Below the pieces are notes generated by a model. That model saw only the letters and a list, made by a program, of their open reading frames with translations, was not told where the DNA came from and searched no databases. Positions 44,841-58,359 of a stretch of DNA of 64,000 nt are shown in pieces. The DNA lies in assembly GCA_052426225.1 (NCBI GenBank), contig JBNJNM010000015.1, positions 1,302,001 through 1,366,000 on the forward strand, in the 5' to 3' direction. The DNA is from Zancudomyces culisetae HAW-14-8 (taxonomy: Eukaryota > Fungi > Kickxellomycota). Each line of letters starts with the position of its first letter. The stretch's first letter is position 1. Position numbers and translations under genes: made by a program.

Positions 44841-47800
44841 ATGGATAGCCAAGTAAGCATCGCAATTCTCCTTCAGACTAGCGAGGGAGGTAAGTTTTGT
44901 TGTTTAAATGAAAATTAAGCTAGTATGTATTGATTTTGGATCCCTTTGGCCCCTTCTTTCCCGGGAAACGCGAGAAAGTGATACGAAAAAAGTGTATCTA
45001 TGAACACAAATCAATCATCACCTTTGTTCCGTTATTTATAGATTTGAAAACAGAACGGTATCAAAGAAAATGGGATGATACTGTCGGAATCACAAGTTCA
45101 ATTCCACTTGGGATTCCTGTACCTCAATGCGAATCTTTGAAGGCAAAAACTGTGCCAAATAGTACTATTAACGAAGAGTGGAGCTATTCGTTTGAGAATA
45201 TATTTTGTGCAAAAGAAGACATTAAAACTTTCCAGTGTGGCCAGGAAAATAATCACATATACAATGACTTTGTAAGGCCACTTGTCAGAGATTCGCTTAA
45301 AGGGTTTGATGTAAACATAGTCGTATACGGAGATAAATCGATTGGTAGGAGAGAATTGCTCTTTGGGAATGAGTTTTTAAGTGGGAGACATACTCTTACA
45401 CAGAATGTTATAGGTAGTAACGCTGGAATATTATACAACACCTGTGTGGATCTTGTTGAAAAAGATAGACTGAATCAAACGTTTTGGGGAAATAGATACA
45501 AATATTATGACAGGGAGGTCTGGGTTTCCAGTTACAAAATAACCAAGGGAAAAGTGTACGATATGCTTGGAGATTATCATAGCTATACTGGAAACAAGTC
45601 ACGGAATTTAACTGGGCTCAGGGCTTTACAAGTAAAGGAACACAGCCTGGTTGGGTATTATGTAGAAAAGTTAAACAAGGTGCACTTAAAATCCAGTGTT
45701 GATGTTCTGAATGTTATAAAACATTTGTGTAAGGTAGGTTTGAATCGGATTTAATGTATACACAAAGTGACTGGTAATCAGTCGACAGTATATATATTTT
45801 TACGTTACCATCTCTCATAATTGGGGTGTGTGTGTGTATGTGTGTAAAATACATATAAACATCTAGCTTTTATCAAGAATGAGATGAAATTTGTCTTTCC
45901 AGGTTTTGTACAAAGAATATTTAAAAAGGGTTATAATGTTGGAAAAAAAATGTACAAATGTATCTCTATAGGGTAATGACTCTGAAAAAATTAGCAGGGA
46001 GAGTAGTTGCAGCTTTATTATAGAATTCATAGATACGATTACTATAAACGGGAAAAAAGTAGAAATAAATCCAAAAATCCAATTTTTTGACATTGAGAGA
46101 AGCGCTGATAACGGGAATATAACAGTAAATGGTGACACAACCAATGAAAAAATGCTAGAGTCGTTTGAGGGGTTGTTCGAAAGGAAAATGGAAAGAGAGG
46201 GAGAAAGGGAGAAGGTTCTAAAGATGGCACCAAACCTGGTAAAGGGAAGCATAGGCACGGATTCCAAACTTGGGATTATAGCCGTGATGAATCATGAAAA
46301 TAGTACTGATACTAATACCAAAAATATCAATACCGACGTAAACCCTGTTCTGGATTTTGCAACGAGTTTTAAACGTTATAAGCTAAAGCCTCAATTACAT
46401 TTCAATAGACGGAGCGAATTGCTTGCAAAAATGGAAAAAGAAATAAAAATACTATTCCAACTAAAATCAAGCTTTGCAGAACAGCTATATAGTATGGATA
46501 ATACTGATACATTCTCATACAATAGCTATAATACCAGATATGATATGATAGATGCGAACAAGCGGGGAAAGTTTCAGAGAATTCTTAACAGGCTACAGAA
46601 ACAGCTAGCGGTGGTAGGAATGTTGCGAGCAGGGCTTTTGGCCATGACTGAGGCGAACAATGGTATAGATCTGAGGGTATCAGCAAGAGCAAAGAGAGTT
46701 TTACGGGAGATAATCAACTTAGGACGAAACATCAACGTAGTGGATATGGCCAAGGAGATGCTAATAAACGTGTATAAGATGAAGCAAGCCAACATAATTG
46801 CGAAAAAGCTTCGAGTTCCTGTGAAATACACAATGCTAATGACTGGTATAAGAAAGGAAGGGGGAAGATGCGACGAGTTTGAGCTTGAGCAAGGGTATAT
46901 TGGTGGACCGGTCGGCAGTGAGATAGATACGGAATATTTCAGAGCAAACGAGCAAGGTGGTAAAAGCAGCAAGGAGGTGGAGAAGGAGACAGAGAAAATG
47001 TACAGCATCAAGGTTGAGGATAGAAAGCATAACAGCGTATATCTACTGAGTGTTTCTGAATTTTTACAGAAACTAAGATTGATGAAAGCACAGAATTTGT
47101 ACTACAGCAAAAAGGAAGTTATAGAGCATATGGAGGATTCAATGTTTTTTAGTAGCCATAGAATTAGACATACGAATATTGGACATGCAATAGTACCGGT
47201 TTGTATATGGGAAAATGCGAATACTGAAAAGCCTACTGAATTCCAATGTAACATATACGATTTATTAGAGTTGATTCCTAATGAAGGCAAAGGAAATGAT
47301 ATTGTAAACGAAAACAAATCGAGAAAATCCCGAAAACACGTGGGCAAAATAATGGGAGAGCTAAGCATACAGTCACAGGGAAGTGAAATGATTGTAAAAA
47401 CAAACGTGAAGGGTGTTAAGTACTATTCAAGTATACTGGCGTTTGGTGATTTGAAGGTGAAATTTTACATTAGTAAGTCCAAAAAGTGCTTATGGAGAAG
47501 TCATCGGAGAGGAAATTGTATTGGTGACTATAACAGAAAAAGTAGGGGTAATGGATTTAGTTATAATTGTGACTCTGACAGCGACGACAGCGATGAGTTT
47601 GTGGAACAGGAGAGTGGTGCCAATGGTGTTCGTGATGGGCTGGCAGCTGATACGAGTGTTTTTGTCAGTAAAAACAGCGGTAATGGATGTGTAGAATATG
47701 ACGAAGAATATTTTTCAGCAAGAGGTGGAGCAGATGAGCAGCAAGATTTTGAGGATTCGTTTATAAATGTGAATGAAGAATATCTGGAAGCTACAGATAC

Positions 47801-49763
47801 CGATTCTGGATTTCTTGGAAAAGGATTTGCTGAATTTTCTGATTCATGGAAGATTTCCATAAATAAAATGACACCAAAAATATATTATGTTCATGCAAAA
47901 CTCTATGGTGTTCTTGATCCAAAATACTTTGTAGAAATGGATAGATACAGAGAAATAAAAGTAAAGACAAGGTCAGGTAGTAAGAGGACAAGCCAACGTA
48001 TAAATGAACTAAACTGGAAGTTGCCAAACTATTACGATCTGTTGTTGAGCTTTGGAGCGATAGAACTTGATACAAGCATTAGTTGGAGACTTACCACCGT
48101 TTCGGATTGGTATAGTGAGGAACCGTTGATATACTTGAATGATTATGGAGCCAACGCGAAGGCGATTGTGGTACAAGTTTCTCATAACTCGAGCGCAAAT
48201 ATAAATATATCTGTTGATTCTGCTCAAATCTTTGGGGTATCGAAAGTGGGGAGTGTTGTAGGTGTTTCACCAAAGAAAACGCTGCTTTTTGAGTCAAGCC
48301 ATGATACTTTTTCGGAGATTCAGAAGGTTTCTGATACCTCATGTTTTTCACAGCTTCCAATAAAGAAAGGCTCACAAGTGGCCATCTTTATGAAAATGGG
48401 AAAGGTATTAAAGGCGCTGGACAATGCTGGTTATTGTGAACTTGTTGTAAATGTTACTATTAATGCTGGCGAAAAAAGCACTAGTAATGGTAATGGTAAC
48501 GGTAACGGTAATGGTAACGGCACCAGTTCCGAGATTAAAGTTGAGCTGGTTAAGAGATTTCGACTCACGATTGAACAGAATGAGAAATCGAGTAAAAAGC
48601 CTGGAGAGAACGAGTTGGCAGGCAAAGACAACTATTCTTCGGAAAGTATAAAAGGCCTGTTGGTATCCCAGCCATACCACCTCGAAGTAACTCCAAAGCC
48701 TGTCCCCACAACTGTCTCGAATTTTCAGTCGGAAGTAGTCAATTTATTCAGATATAACTCGGACGTTCTCTACATCCGTGGCCAAGATACGATACTTGTA
48801 GATGCTGACACTCCATTTACAAACACTATATTTGGATATTATCAAAGGCTTCAAAGAATCGATTATGATGTTGACATTACCAGTACAAAAATTCTATTAC
48901 AACAACTACAACAACAACAATACAACCTATACTCAGTTGACTCAAGCAACCAACCAAAACCGAATATTGTAGAATCTTTGATGTACGATTTTATAAGCAA
49001 TTTAGTCGAGTATTACCAGCTATATTCTGCCAGAAAAACTATTGTACAAATTTTAGAAACTCCAGACCATGGCGAACCAGCCAATCTCATCACAAATAAC
49101 AGTAACAACCACATTTCTAGTGGCAGTAGCTCTGAGAACAGACTGAGGTTATTTCAACCTGTTGAACGTTTTGCAGCTATGCCGAACTCTGCTGGCTATG
49201 TACAAAGCAACAATTACTCTATCAGCATGAAAAAACTGGAAATGAACCCTCACATCCCTTTATTTGTTGAGAAAAAATCTACTCTATGGGTTCCAAACGA
49301 ATCCCTATCCTCATTCACCCCCAGGGATGCGATACTATTGTCCAATAATTTGCTCTTACTATTATCACTCTCATGTCCTCCCACAAAAAACAAGAGCCCA
49401 AAAGCAAGCAAGGCCAAAAGGCCCAAAGATCACAAAAAGGATGGTGATATTAATGAAAATCTCCACCACCCCGATAGGGCCAAGGTCAAATCTAAACATG
49501 CAACCCAAGGCAAAAATAAAGATAAAGACAAAACTATTCTGAGTATGGCGGAGAAGGTTTCTGGCAAGCCATTTGTTTTATTAGAAAACTGTATCAACAC
49601 TGAAAACTGCATCGTCAAAGCCGGACCTGAAATCGATAAACTTACAGGAATTCCATATTCCTTTGCTGTTTATACATGTTCAAATACATTTTTATTTGGC
49701 ACCTCGTCCCATGATGAGATGATGGAATGGGCATTTGCCATTGATAACTTTTTTTGTCTTTAA
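44841..49763 (+). CDS. Highly divergent kinesin-3 (Unc104/KIF1-like) protein with a degenerate motor and C-terminal PH domain; exons 44841-44889, 45042-45733, 45972-49763
   Basis: Kinesin scaffold (YSFENIF, LVRDSLKGFDVNIVVYG, VYDML, LQVKEHSLVGYYVEKL), KIF1-like stalk (QANIIAKKL, VEDRKHNSVYLLS) and a PH-like end (PYSFAVYT...EMMEWAFAI). Confidence 0.7.
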
Positions 49764-50099
49764 TTTGAAAATATCAAGACTCGAACATTTATTTTCCTTT
49801 ATTTTCCTTTTTTTATGTCTTTAGTATTTACTTTTCATACTCTTTGATCAGCACAATAAATATGTTGACAAATGATCTCATTCTTGAATTCGAGTATAGA
49901 TTTTTAATATAAAATATTTTCGAATTGAAATACAATTATCCATTTATTTATTTATTTTTATTATAATTTATTTTTGTTTGTATAACAATTTTATTTTTAA
50001 AAAATCACGAACTGTTCCTCTGATATATTAATTATATAATTAATCAAAAAAATTTTACTTGTTTTTTAAAATAGACAAAAAAAAAACATAAACAAAAAG

Positions 50100-51984
50100 A
50101 TGGATTCGATTCTTGAAAGACAACGGCTGCTGCATGAGGAAATAGAACGGATAGAGCAGGCGCTGGTAGACCTAAAGCTATTGAAGCTAACCAGCTATAA
50201 ACATAAGCTCTATAGGGATCATATAATGGCGGGACTTTTGGAACGCCTCCGAAATCAAAAGGCAATCCTTCTCGAGCTCTATACAGATGAATCGAAGTAG
50301 GTTTGGCATTTTATATATCCATTCACACAAATTTTTTTTCTATGTTTCTTGTATTTTGTTTGTGAGACAATAGCGTAATCAAAAAGTGTATAAAAATGGA
50401 GAGGGGGAGGGAAATGTATAGCATATGTTGTATATAAATACATATAAATATATAATATATAGGATGAAGAGTAAGGAACTAGAATACAAGACAGATTCCC
50501 AATCAAATCTTAAAAATTTTTACACGCAGCTTTCGGAAATCACAAACTTTCATCGACGTAATCCAGGGCAGCAGCTGGAGCTGATGGAGTTGGAGTTTAG
50601 CAGGTTCAAGCTTCTTCCTGAATCCAAAAAGGAAAGGCTGAGAAGACAAAAGTTGGTAAACAGCGCAAAGTATGACAAATCTGGTCTTACCTTTGGACAT
50701 ACGAAATTAGAAAAAGAAATTCTGGCTAAAAAGGCGCAATTAAAGAATGATCAGCCCTTAACCATGCAGGATATCAAAGCGGAGGATCAGCAGCTAATGC
50801 TTTCGCTACTCAATGAAAAACCAGCTTGTTTCTATACTGCTATTGATGAAGAACGTATTAAAAACCTGTTTTCTGGTGTTGAGGCATTGGGTAAATTTGT
50901 TGATCTGAATAGCCAGTATGCAGAATTTTGTAATTTACACACAAAGAAAAACGATAATAATGGCGACGCTCAGGAAGAAAATATCGATTACATTGACTAT
51001 CTTCGGAATTTTGACAAATTTGATCCCTCTGGAGAAAATTTTATATATCGAAAAATACTTGAACACAACAAAATTAGCAACAAGTACATTGTCTATTTGG
51101 AAAGTGTTTTGGGTTATCTAAAAGAATTTGTAGGCAAAACTCGACCGCTTTTTGATCTCGACGAGTTTATTTCTCGAGTACAATCTGAGTTTGACGAGTC
51201 CTATTCAAAGAATAATGCTGGTAGTAATGGTATCACTAATACCAACACCCTGTATTGTGAATATTGTGATAAACAATTCGAAAAAAAAGTTACATTCGAA
51301 TCACATTTAACCGGTAAAAAGCATGTGAAAGCAGTAGCCAAACGCCAACAGGTACAAGATGGTGTAGGTGCTAGTGCTCATAGCAATAAATATCGCATGG
51401 AATTTCTGCAAACCCAGATATCTAGAATTACACAGGAGCTTCTCGTAGGAACAGTGGCTAAAACAGTATCTGCTATTGAGCGCAAACAGGCCCTGACGAT
51501 ACAAGAACTCAATAAAGAAGCAGAACAGTACTTATCTTCACCAGAAACATCTGATAATGATAATGACGGGGTGGACGATGAGGAGGATGACGAAGATTCC
51601 GAGCACATCTATAACCCACTGAAGCTTCCTTTAGGCTGGGATGGAAAGCCTATTCCTTTCTGGCTTTACAAGCTTCATGGACTTAGTGTAGAATTCAATT
51701 GTGAAATCTGTGGAAACTATATTTACCGCGGGCGCAAGGCCTTTGATAATCACTTTCAGGAGGCCAGGCATAGCTACAACATGAAGAAACTTGGTATTCC
51801 AAATACTAGAACTTTTCATGACATTACTAAAATCGAGGATGCTGTTACTCTTTGGCAGAAGCTAAAGAAACAAAAGACTGTTGAGGTTAATAAGTTTGAT
51901 TCATTTGAAGAATTTGAAGACAGCGAGGGAAATGTGTTTAATAGAAAGACCTACGAGGACTTGAAGCGCCAAGGGTTATTGTGA
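50100..51984 (+). CDS. PRP9: U2 snRNP SF3a 60-kDa subunit; exons 50100-50296 and 50463-51984
   Basis: MDSILERQRLLHEEIERIE, YNPLKLPLGWDGKPIPFWLYKLHGL, two zinc fingers, and TYEDLKRQGLL at the C-terminus. Confidence 0.95.
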
Positions 51985-52274
51985 CTTGATAGCTCTTATT
52001 TCTTTTTTTTCCCTCCTATAACCCGTGATACGTTCGAGTACCTGAGTGGACGGCGTGAAGAGCGGAGGTCTGTTGTTTTGGTATTTCGTTTTTCATTTTT
52101 CATTTTTCTAGTTTTTCTTTTGCAAGTTTTTTATTCTTGGGAAATGTTAGAAATAGCCGAAAAATTTTAATTTACAAGAAATTCACTAGTGATTATACAA
52201 GCTTGGAAAGAAATGATACATCACCGTCACCCAATTTGTAGATCATTGTGATTCGCGTACAGTTGCAGATAGCA

Positions 52275-52293
52275 GGGGGGGGGGGGGGGGGGG
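52275..52293 (+). repeat. G19 homopolymer followed by GA repeats
   Basis: Directly visible. Confidence 0.85.
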
Positions 52294-55201
52294 AGAGAGA
52301 GAGGAGGGGGGACACTCCAACAACTATTACTCGTCCAGTTATGGATCCATAACGTAAAAATTACTATATCAGGGTACCTGATACCAATATACCCAAAACG
52401 AAACAGTGAAAACGGAATCATCTATATTCATTGTCTCCAGAAAACATTCAGACACGTCAATAAGATGGTATGTATTTTTTTTTTTGGAGGGTGTATTTGA
52501 TGGACCTTGAGTGTCACAAACCAAGAATGTATATTAATTTCTCTGATTTCTAGGTTCAAATGGTTTTAGATTTTGACAAATGTGCCCCAGTCCAACTCAA
52601 CCCAACTCAACCCTAACATATATTATTTTGATTTATTACCCATTATTTACAACGTTACTAGAATTTGAGATATTATAACACCAAGCAGCAAAGATGTTAA
52701 TAATCTCTTACATGATTGCTATTTGTTCCGATTCGGTTGTTAATTAGTGCCAGAGTTGGAGACCAGGTAGATCGTTAACCACTATTAATTATACGAGTGT
52801 GTAACAATGTTGTAGCACAAATGACCACTTTACTTGATACTTACTTTGATTAATCAATCATCATTCTGCTAGTCTAAAAGATCGCCAAAAAAAAAAGGAA
52901 GCGATTTTGTGTTTATCTTGAGAGCACCATATATCACATAAAATCATGTAAATCATTTCTGAGACTCTGGTTTGTTGTGCATGTTGATTTTTGTCTACAG
53001 GGAGCCATTGTCAGCTTAATTGAAACGAAAAAGTTAATGGTTGTTACTGACTGACTGATTGAAATTTTCTTGGAGATTTGTTTTTAACCTTTTATGAAAG
53101 CGCATACCATTGATTGTGAAAAAGTATTCAGCCCGAAACGGAGTGAAGTTCCTGCTTTTTTTTTTTGCTCTCAGATTGCTAACTTCATTATAAACAAATT
53201 GAGAAATATCTTTTCCAAGTGTTAAATCGTCAATAAGGGCTCAAATATATAACTTTGTTGACTTGAACACAGATAGAAATCAACTGTACATATAAACCTG
53301 ATGTGGCTATGCAGAATATGAGTATCCACGGCCATCAACTCCATTCTACATTTGTTTTTTTTTTTGTTTTTTGCTACTTTTCGCACTACAAGGTTAATAA
53401 TGAAATGGTTGCTGGTGATTCAAAGCGGAAAACCCATTAACATGTAGAAATGCTTCAAGCTATGTTACCATTTATTCAGATTGGTAGCACCAACACTTTA
53501 AGTATGCCGAATGATGTCAGAGTACCGGTAACGGAATCTCGAAATATACGAGATTCCAGAATCTCAACAATTTGCAAATTAATTCCAGCCAAATCCGATC
53601 TCAAAACGATACAACAATGTTTTAAAAGTCGTGTTTTTATAAAATCTGTGTTAATTAGCACTAGACTTGCTTCAAGACCAAAATAATGAGAGTATGATAA
53701 TATAATAATGATAATAATAATTTCCCCAGCTATCTATAGCAGCATGGAATCACTCTCTTGGAAATCACGTACAAATTGCTGATAACAACAGTTTCCATTC
53801 TCCTGATTTTTTGAAATAGTTGTTAGGCAACGGAAGAAAGCTACCTTTTTCAACTCGGCATAGGTTCTTTAGAAACTAAAGAAAAAGTGCGGCACGCGTG
53901 ATGATTGTTAGTATTGTACAATTAGATTTCTGTAGCACACAAAAAAGGCACAAACAATACAAACAAATACAGCATAGGTACAGAAATCGGTTATCTTTGA
54001 GCCTGGTAACACAAGGCGAATTTGAATGAATTAAAAATGCTAGTGATTGTAAATAATGTTGTGCAAATTACATGTTAATGAATCGCTGATTGTTTGGAAT
54101 CAATGAATTTCAAAAATCAATTATATTATTGGCTTGTGGGATTGCACGGATATTACCTTTCTACATTTAGCAACTTTTTTTTTAATAAAGATCAGAAATT
54201 GAAAATAAATGCAAGATACACTATTCCATACCAACTGAATTTGGATTGCAACTGCTATAAATAGTGGCTGAAATTTTTTCCGCATTGTCGCTACCTCTAA
54301 CAAATAAAAATAAAAAAAAGCAGAATACAAAACCCGTGTTATATGAGTATACAGCATAGCTATTATTTTATACAAGTATCTAGTTGTATGAAACGAACAC
54401 TGTTGACTGGAATCTTTTAAAAATAGAAAGGCGCATTAGAAAAGACTGCAGTATAAATGGAATAGTAGCAGAAATCCCCATTTTTCAGTTTAAAAACTTT
54501 GCCCGACTTGATTTCAGCTAGAGGAAAAGTAAAAAAAAGAAATCGGGTATAAAAAGGTGCTAATAAAGAGAACCGAATCCTTTGAAATTACACGCAAGCA
54601 ATAATACGGTTATAATAGACAGGAGTCGTAAGTAGTATACTCTAGAATATAATAGATACAGAACGATCATCAATAGTATCCGAATAATAAGCCTAGAAAC
54701 TAGAAATTGTATCAAAACCATAGCAAAGTACCCTGATATGGCGAATATCCATAATGATGAATTCACGAAAGTAGAACCCGCTAAAAACATGAGGGACTAT
54801 CCATACGACATAATAGACCGCGGTGAGGAAGAGCAAAAATAATAGACAACGTGCTTTAGTTAAAACATTTGATACGTGTTAAGTAATTGTATAATGGCTT
54901 AGTATTTTTGTATGTGACAATAAAAGTAATAAATACATAAACTCTGAGCAAAAAATTGATTGAACTAGCGAATAACAACAGGTACTGCCCTTCCTTCCCC
55001 TCCGCCTCCCCATATAAAAGAGTCACACTAATGCAAAAAGAACAAAGTTTATTTGTTTATGCTGGTTTTGATAAATTAAACATTAGGAATCTACATTATA
55101 AAGTTGAAATAATGTGAGGTCATAAATTTAGATTAGTAAATAAATTAGCATTTTACATAACATAGGCGGATATAAAGAGTTTTATAATACTAAAGTTGAC
55201 C

Positions 55202-56047
55202 TCAAAATATATACGGTCGCCCATTTGCATCACAACTACACCTACATCTGCCATTATCAACATAGTCGGGCGAAATGTTGTACCCGTACGAATCGTACTG
55301 CATATTCAAAGAATAATCATTGGATCGCCCACCTGGTTGTACCATAGTACTATATCCTGGCTCTGATGGGGTTCCACTGTCATTCACAGTAATATTTGGT
55401 CTTGAATTCAACAAACTAATACCACTTTCGTAGTTTCCATTGAATTCTGCAACTACTGGTGTTCCTGGTCCATAATTTGCTATCAACAACTTCTTTCCTG
55501 TATAACTACCTCCATTCACTCCCTTGATAGCAACATCTGCACAGTTCATGTAGTATTCGCGGTTTCCACTAGCATTTATCCATGTCCATGCAAATACTGC
55601 ACTGTTACTTGATGGTAGATTAGATGGTAGTTGAATGTCGTATGATAATACTTCAGCAGTATTTCCATATTTCTGGCCATTAAAGAAGCAGTATTTGAGT
55701 ACATCCTTGATTACAACAAACGTCTTTCCGCCATCATACGACAAAGCAAATTGACAATGTCCACCACTATGAGCAGCACCATCAGGCTGAAACTTAACAG
55801 TTACTGTGCTTCCAGCTGTCCATGTTTCAACGTTCTTGGATGTTTTCTTGTCAGTTTTACATAGTGGCTGACTGGCTGCAGATGAAGTGCCAATTGGACT
55901 CTTAATGTTATAATCTACTGGATCACCAGCTGGACACAGTGGATTATTTGGTGATAATCTTGGACATGGTTGAACCATAGCCATGTGAGAATATACACTT
56001 GTTGCAAACAGGGTTACGAGTACACCGAGATTGAGGTTTGAAAACAT
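55202..56047 (-). CDS. AA11-like LPMO copy D, 281 aa (mosaic of B-like and C-like sequence)
   Basis: Same motifs as copy B; tail near-identical to B, with internal patches identical to C. Confidence 0.85.
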   Translation of the reverse strand: MFSNLNLGVLVTLFATSVYSHMAMVQPCPRLSPNNPLCPAGDPVDYNIKSPIGTSSAASQPLCKTDKKTSKNVETWTAGSTVTVKFQPDGAAHSGGHCQFALSYDGGKTFVVIKDVLKYCFFNGQKYGNTAEVLSYDIQLPSNLPSSNSAVFAWTWINASGNREYYMNCADVAIKGVNGGSYTGKKLLIANYGPGTPVVAEFNGNYESGISLLNSRPNITVNDSGTPSEPGYSTMVQPGGRSNDYSLNMQYDSYGYNISPDYVDNGRCRCSCDANGRPYIF

Positions 56048-58359
56048 TTTGTGTGTTGTTATTATATGTTTTTATTATATGTTGTTATTATATGTTGTTA
56101 CTGTTACTGTTACTGCTGTTTTTTTTGTTGTTTCTGTTATAATTATTGTTATAATTACTGCTTTTGCTGCTTTTGCTGCTTTTAGTGCTGTTTCCGCTGT
56201 TGTTGTGAAGCCTTATTGCGTGGGAGTGTTAGTAATATGTTGATAAACTAATAAGTATAAAAAGTATGTGAATGTATGAGTATGTGAGTATATGAGTATA
56301 TGAGTATATGAATATTTGGATATGTGGATGTGTGAATTAACTCAAAAAATATTTCTTTGAATGATATTGTGTTATGAACCCGTCTATTTAAGCTCATTTA
56401 TACAAATTTCTGGCCATAATAGTGCAAAGCAAGTAAACCGAGTGCAATATTTACGCCATACTCTTTATATTTTCTAACTGATTTTTATTTAACAGTATAG
56501 GTGTTTTTTTGAACTTTGGAATTTTAGAATATTCCGTTACTTTCTATTGATCCGGCTTAGCTTCAATTAAACATCGATAATAGTAAACCTGATGGTGTAT
56601 TAAGGTATGTGAATTTTTACTATTGTTTTTTTGCTATTTAGCTCTGCTATTGTTTTATTAGCGCTGGTCTGGCTTATTTTTGTATTATTTTTTGTTTTGC
56701 AGCCGCAATTCTAGTCATGGGAACTAGAATATTATAGCGACAATGCTCTATATCGCTTGTAAATCGTGAAACGCCAAAAACTTAACAACTGGTTATTCAA
56801 CCCCATCCCCCATCTGTTCCAAAAAAAACTAATTAGACTCAAAATACCTGTATAAAACATCCCAAAGCACTGCAACAATAAAACTCAACTATCGGCCTAG
56901 TATTTCATTATCAACACTAGGTATACTGATTGTCCACAATAGCCAGCATGTTTAGAATATTTGTAAATACTCTTGGAATTTTGATATTGATTTTCGCCAG
57001 CCATTTTTTTCTGTGAAAAATATTAACAGTGGTAATTGGCAAAATGTAAAAGAGAACAATGAGGAATGATCAACTCAAATAAAATCGGAGTGCCACAGTT
57101 TGAATGGAAACCTGATTTCAATTATCGACGATATTTTTATTGTAAATCTGGATGAGAAAGCATAAATGTTAAAGCAAGAAACAGTAACAGTGAAATGGCA
57201 AAAGTTAAAAGGCAAAAGTGAAATAGCAAAAGTTAAACGGCAAAAGCTAAACGGCAAAAATAAAAGAGCCCATAGATCCAGTGTTTTGATAACCCACGCC
57301 ATTTCAGGTTTGATATTGATATTGATATTGATATTGATTTTGATTTTCGTTTTCGTTTTGGTTTTCACAATACATTTCCATATCAACACATCAGCACATC
57401 AATTGACTAACCCATTGGTGTATCCTGTCAACACACACGTGTACAAGTATTCACACAGAATTACTTTTAATCAGCTTTCAAGAAAATAGGTTATGGGCAA
57501 GCGAATATACATATTTCTAGCTTGTCATGCTCTAGGTTATGATACTCTAGCTCACCAGCTGTAGAAACATAACGTTGATCATATTTTAGTTGTTATTGCT
57601 AGCTATACCTAGACTAACAGCACCAAGCACACGTTTCTGAGCACACCGTTACACTTCCATGTTTCAGCATAATCAATTTTTGTGTATTCTCACACAGCAT
57701 ATATTAACCTCATTATTACTAATCTTTTTTTTGTACATCTAAACTACCATAAACCGGTCAAAAGTCAAGCAAGTTGAAAAGCGTAGCAATGAACCGGATA
57801 AAAAATATATGAAAAGTATATAAAAAACATATGAAAAATATATAAAAAAGTATATTCCGATTATTGGCATTACATTCATCCAAGCTTGTTGACTGTAAAA
57901 GACAAATTGTTTCTAACCATGTTTTTCCTAATTTTTTATTCCATCGCTTTCATCACCAATACTACTACCACTGCTCCCATTTTGGGTTTCAAAATCCTGT
58001 CATGTTTGCAATTCTATTATTATTGTATCCACTCCTCACACGTGTATCGCTTTCGGAATTAGAATAGTATGACGATTGAAACACACCAGCATCACTTTCC
58101 ATTACACTCGAACAGTCATTATTATTAAATGCACTGGATAATGCTATATTTGGTTTAGAAATATCACTAGCAAAACCCTCACCGCTTGAACTGTATGCGG
58201 TATCAACGCTTTTCGTTCGGCTTCTTCCAGTTATGGGTAGTATTTTTGAAGAGAAGAATCTAGAGTTTGGTTTGCCCATTAGTCGTTTTTTGGATAATTC
58301 GCGTTTTTTGTGATATGATACTTTGAATTGCATGTATCCATCTCTTAGGTGTCTTGGAA
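55202..58359. repeat. 3.16-kb direct segmental duplication, copy 2 (likely donor; SPO7 intact here)
   Basis: Matches 35493-38656. Confidence 0.95.

Noticed and set aside
45896-45971. Alternative kinesin splice acceptor TTTCCAG at 45902
   Set aside because: It leads to an in-frame TAG at 45969-45971; the acceptor ending at 45971 keeps the frame open.
53533-53565. Perfect 9-bp hairpin GGAATCTCG-N7-CGAGATTCC with an alternative pairing partner
   Set aside because: A few such hairpins are expected by chance, and there is no associated gene or element.
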